Below, piece after piece: positions 59,367 to 64,000 of a stretch of DNA of 64,000 bases. The notes under the pieces were generated by a model. That model did no database searches, was not told the DNA's origin, and was given only the letters and a program-made list of their open reading frames with translations. Positions within the stretch are counted from its first letter, which is position 1, and the number at the start of each line of letters is the position of its first letter. Location of the stretch: contig JAVECL010000030.1 in NCBI GenBank assembly GCA_051942245.1, forward strand, positions 1 to 64,000, read 5' to 3'. Source of the DNA: Trypethelium eluteriae (Eukaryota). A program made the position numbers and the translations under genes.

Positions 59367-60232
59367 TCAGTCTGCTTCGTCAGAAGAGTAATCGCCCAAG
59401 CCCAATCCCGTACTACTGGCGGCTGGCAGTTTTTCTGAAGTCGCGGGCTGAGACTTAGAAGTCTGCAGCTCCCGAATTGGATTCGTAGAGGATCCTAAGG
59501 GCGAGGACTCGGGTTTGTTCTTCTGGCTTTGAGCGTCTGTGGATTTAGCAGCGCTTTCTGAACTCCCCGGAGGAGTTTCTTCCAGGCTGCCCTCCTTCAG
59601 TCGTTCGAAATTACTGTCACTCTTGTTTTGTGCCCCAGATGAAGATTTGCGAAGCTTTACCCCTGGGATTACGTCTTTCTCTCGTTTCCTCTTTCTAGGA
59701 CCGGCAACCCAGTGTTCCTGTTCAGTAACTGGGCTCCCCCCTTGCCCTTCTGCGAGCTCGGGCTTTTGCGCTTGTTCCTGCTGTTTTCGGAAAGACTCAA
59801 GCTGCTCTGATGTTTCCCTTCGCAGAGCGTCTTCCTTGGCACGAGTCGTATTCAACACCGAGTCTAGGAATTCGGCTTCATGCTCGTCCAGCGATCTAAA
59901 TTGGTTCTTAAGCTTTATTGACTGCACAGAAGAAGCTTAGCTAAAAGGCCAATAAGCGGATGTACGTAACGAAAGCTAATCTGACCTCTTCAAAAGCTTC
60001 CTGCTTTGCGGCTTAACCTGATCAGACTCAAGCTAGAAAGTTGTAGAAAAAAGGCAGGCTACAAACCTTTATTCGCTTGCAATGTCTCGAAAAGAGATTT
60101 GCCACCCGCTTGAGCTTTCTCCTCCTTCTCACGAAGACGTTTGGAGTCCAACTCCTTCTGAGCCTGCAACCACTCGTCGTCGCGCTCGACGGGATTGTCG
60201 ATAGTCCCGCCTGACACGAACCCACTTGACAT
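59367..60232 (-). CDS. Fyv6/FAM192A (PSME3IP1/NIP30)-like nuclear protein; 2 introns
   Basis: MSSGFVSGGT...SLFETLQANK...KQEAFEE-SIKLKNQFRSLDEHEAEFLDSV; C-terminal LGLGDYSSDE. Confidence 0.85.
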
Positions 60233-60618
60233 GGTCGGGACTTCCTGCAGATTTCCTCACCGGCATGAAGCCCCGGGGAAAGACAGTGAATACTGCTGCA
60301 GATTCAGGTACCTGAAGGGGGAATGGGGGTTGTGATAGAACAGGCCGGCTTGCCCGAAAGGTGAGTTGTGTGGCTTGAAAAGCTTGGTAATGTGGCCAGT
60401 GAGCATGCTAAGTTTATTCCGACCTCGACGCCTTACCCACCGTGATTTGTGTACATTCCCACGTGTCTACGTATGCAGGTGCATTTTAAGTATCGAGACT
60501 TTCTCCCGAGCAAAATGTCAAAGCCAATCTTGAAAGATTGGCACATTCGGAGGCGACACCAAGAATTGACCACGTTATCGCATGACCTCACTATCCTAGT
60601 TCACATGTCGCTATCATT

Positions 60619-63024
60619 ATGGCAGATTGTAGAGCCAAAGCAGACCAAACTAGTCTCCTTAGATCGTTGAACGCGCTGGCGTACGATAGCAATGATGATG
60701 AAATCGATGATGAAGGCTTACTGCAATCAAAAGCTGTGCTAAAGTCTGCCCGGAAACAGCAACCGTCCAAACGCAATGGGACCCCTTCCTCAAGAAAGGC
60801 TGGTAAAGCAGCGAATCTCGTTGGTCAACATCAATCCCCAGATACAATCAGGCCTATGTCCTCTTGTAATATCGAATATACTTCACCATCGATGAAAGGT
60901 AGCAAATCCGCACCAGAACGTTCACAGCAGCTTGCTCCCGCAAACCATACTCCTGAGACCCTCCCAGGACCGGCAATGGAGACCAAGGTAGACACTTCGT
61001 CAATCTTGCGAAGCTCGAACGGTGCTGCATTAGCTGCCCGACCAAGTCAGACTTTGGTTTCTGCATTGCCTCGCCCTATCGGTAAAAGAAAAAGAGCAAA
61101 CGTATATCCTAAGGTGGCAGAAGCACGACAAATCTTCCGAGGCCTTGCATTTTGTAAGTTACTCACTGATCTGCACAACTGTCCTGACAGCCGTAGATTT
61201 TTTCCCAAACAACGACGTTAGTCCCGCCAGACGAATGCGTATTCATAAAGCTCTAGAATACGGAGCTTTGTGGATCAAAGACTGGGCCCAAGGCATTTCT
61301 CACGTAATTGTGGATAGAGACCTGACGTATGCTCAATTACTTGCCTGGCTTAAATTTGATGCCATGCCCGTATGTTTTTGGTCCTTCCCAAATTCTTCAT
61401 TTACACTCAAATAAAGTGGCAGGCCGAGGTGATCGTGGTAGATGAGCTTTATCCCGCCGATTGCATTACATATCGGTTCCTTGTTGATCCAAAGCAGTTT
61501 CCATACAGAGTTCAGGGGCAGCCCGACGAAAAGCCCGAAAAGCCATGTTCTTCGACAGATTTTCCCTCTACAGACTCGTCGCTACAACTGAAGCCTCCAA
61601 GGAAAGATACTTTGAGACAAGAGCCTCGATCCCCATCGCGCACAGAGGACAGCAACAATGAGCCCCGAGCAGAATACCAAGAGCAAACACAAGATTATCA
61701 GCTTGATGCTGAAGAATTTGTGGCTGAGCTCGATAAGCCTCGGCCAAGTTCTACGGTGGACCGCCGTGACTCCTTCGATGAGGTCATCCGAGAGGCTAAG
61801 AGCCTTGAACATCTGCCGCTTGACGATGAAGATGAAGACGCTGCTGAAGGTTGTGAGGATGTTGATTCGGATTCTCAAGACAGTAGTTCATCGCCGATCC
61901 CCACTAAGAGACCCAGACGAACTGGCAACAGCTCGCGACAGAGCACTTTCCAGTGTATGGAAGCCAACAATGGCAAAGGAGCCGCTGCAAATCCCAATGC
62001 GCGCACCATTGAGATTTTAGAGCAAATGGGAAGATACTACGACAGGGTTCAAGACCATTGGCGAACCCTCGCATATCGGCGCGCTATCACTAGTCTGAAG
62101 CGAGAAACTCGCAAAATCACCACGAAAGAAGAGGCTGTCCTCCTCCCCTTCATTGGCGAACGTCTCGCTGCCAAAATCGAAGAGATCGTCTGGACCAACC
62201 GCCTGCGTCGTCTTGAGAACGCTCAACTCGACCCGACCGATAGGATCTTGCAACTCTTCCTTGGTATCTACAGCGTCGGTTTCGCCCAAGCCTCGCGCTG
62301 GGTCCGCCAGGGCTACCGGACCCTCGCCGACCTTCTCCATCGTGCACCGCTCACCACCAACCAACGCATCGGCATTGCGCACTACGACGACTTCGCCTTG
62401 CGCATCCCACGCAACGAGGTCACACAGCACGGCGCAATCGTGCGCGACGCCTTGCACGCCCTTGACCCAGACTTCGAAGTCGTAGTCGGGGGTTCGTATC
62501 GCAGGGGGGCACTTACTTGTGGAGACATCGACTGCATCATCACACATCCAACACATTCGCTTTCCACGATCCGCGCCCTGGTGTTTGATACGCTTGTCCC
62601 GCAGCTCTTTGAGCAGGGCTACCTCCGAGCAAGTCTCGCTGCATCTACGTCGGCGTCCAGTACGGGGACGAAGTGGCACGGTGCTGCGGCTCTACCTACC
62701 TCGCCATCCGGCGATTTCGTCGGTAGGCAGAAGAAGCTGGAGGAGGGCCCGTGGAGGCGGATCGATTTCTTGCTAGTACCGCAGGAGGAGACAGGCGCGG
62801 CGCTTATATATTTCACAGGGAACGATGTCTTCAATCGCAGTATAAGGCTGTTGGCGAGTCGGAAGGGAATGCGATTGAATCAGCATGGGCTATTTCGTGA
62901 TATCATGAGGGGTCCAGGAAGGGTAAAAGTGACTGATGGGATTCTGGTTGAGGGACGTGATGAGAGGAGGATATTTGAGGTATTGGGGGTGCCTTGGAGG
63001 GAGCCGGAGGAAAGAATTTGCTGA
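60619..63024 (+). CDS. DNA polymerase X family (polymerase lambda-like) with N-terminal BRCT; 2 introns (~61154-61197, ~61370-61421)
   Basis: BRCT (ISHVIVD); 8-kDa domain WRTLAYRRAI...LPFIGERLAAKI; GGSYRRG..CGDID; RRIDFL; YFTGN..FNRSIR; PWREPEER. Confidence 0.94.
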
Positions 63025-63500
63025 CAGCACGCTGACGGCACGCTGACATGCAATTGCGACAACTGCAGACGCAGAAGATGAGCATCGCGGTCAGCCGAAC
63101 CAGCTATACCATATATGGTGTCCAGCGATTTGCATATTAGATTCATGGAATACCCCATTGGAAAGATAGTGCATCAACAGTGTTGCACCATAGAAAGAGC
63201 AAGAATGCTCCCACCTTCTCGGATAGACATTGAACTGAACAGATATGAGTCTTAGCCATCACCACCCCTATTTTCCTTCCTGCAAAGAATACTCCTACGA
63301 TTTGGATAATATGCCGCTGATCCTCGCTGGCGCGTCGATAGGTTAGAAGCGCGAAATGAGGGCTGAGCCTCCAAAATTGCCCCTCACCTCCCCGCGAGAC
63401 CTCTCCGCCGCCGCCTGGATGACAACATCCAAATCGACCTCATCGCCAATCCTCACCCCTGCATACCCTCGCGCGCTTACTCTCACTTCTCGTCGTCAAG

Positions 63501-64000
63501 ATGGGGAATTGCTTCGGCAAGCAATCCTCCTCCGAAGAAAACTTTTCCGGCCCTGGGCGAACGCTTGGCTCCGCCCCAACACCAGGCTCAGAACCAATTG
63601 CTCGACCCACCATACCCGCACGCTCATCCGCTGGGAAGACATTAGGCGGAGGCGATGCCTCGAGTGACGACCCGCGAAGCGCCGCGGCGAAAGCAGCAGA
63701 GGTGGGTGGCTCTTCCTTGAATAATGCAACAGCACGCAAGATCGTGGACAAGCATGCGCCAAGAGAAGGAAGATGGAGTAGATTCGCGACGTTGGTGTGG
63801 TTATGGCGGATGGTGAAAGATGCCGCCGGTGCGAAGAACCAGAGAACAGAAAGAAAAGCAGAATTTGCTGCCAAGGAGACATCAGAATATCATCGAGTCC
63901 CTTTCATTCACGAAGGCCACCGTGGCAAGCACATAACACAGGTCTCGCTTTTGTCTACGGACCGGAGAAGACGTGCTATACATTATCTTTCACTACGCTC
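63501..64000 (+). CDS. Small putatively N-myristoylated/palmitoylated protein (MGNCFG...), first exon 63501-63701; 3' end outside window
   Basis: Not in the ORF track. Reads MGNCFGKQSSSEENFSGPGRTLGSAP...GKTLGGG...PRSAAAKAAE followed by donor GTGGGT; Gly2/Cys4 acylation signature. Confidence 0.7.
   Translation, partial: MGNCFGKQSSSEENFSGPGRTLGSAPTPGSEPIARPTIPARSSAGKTLGGGDASSDDPRSAAAKAAEVGGSSLNNATARKIVDKHAPREGRWSRFATLVWLWRMVKDAAGAKNQRTERKAEFAAKETSEYHRVPFIHEGHRGKHITQVSLLSTDRRRRAIHYLSLR

Noticed and set aside
63021..63052. 11-bp triple repeat GCTGAC(A/G)GCAC at the Pol X stop, and a GTAAG microsatellite near 34710
   Set aside because: Simple slippage repeats with no evident function.
63356..63667. 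ORF-track call MRAEPPKL...
   Set aside because: Wrong frame; the credible gene starts at 63501 (MGNCFG).

Overview
Intron-containing nuclear DNA from a filamentous ascomycete (Pezizomycotina; exact lineage not determinable here). Recognisable genes: NAR1 (3' part), tRNA-Pro(TGG), a GH17 BGL2-like glucanase, the Ca2+ channel CCH1, a WHIM/PHD chromatin protein, an amino-acid transporter, GPN1/NPA3 head-to-head with a CWF19L2-like gene, eIF3h, a WRKY-like/GST locus, an Nrg1-like C2H2 factor, an HExxH protein, a Fyv6/FAM192A homolog and DNA polymerase lambda. The main find is an ~8.66-kb segment (16892-25552) between CCH1 and the PHD gene. It has ~75-bp imperfect terminal inverted repeats and an 8-9-bp target-site duplication, with no recognisable transposase. 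It carries gene-length cargo (PS-decarboxylase-like with an early in-frame TAG, a membrane protein joined by TAATG to a QYPPAT-repeat ORF, an F-box/LRR protein) and a nested 191-bp MITE, so it looks like a fungal Pack-MULE-like cargo transposon. Other points: a probable WRKY-like domain-GST splice fusion, unannotated CBM1-GH45 and SDR pseudogenes, a paralog pair with a CxCx8CxW motif (one copy broken by two stops), a secreted Cys/His deamidase-like candidate, and recurring C-rich to G-rich skew islands. All calls were made by eye; no database searches were run.
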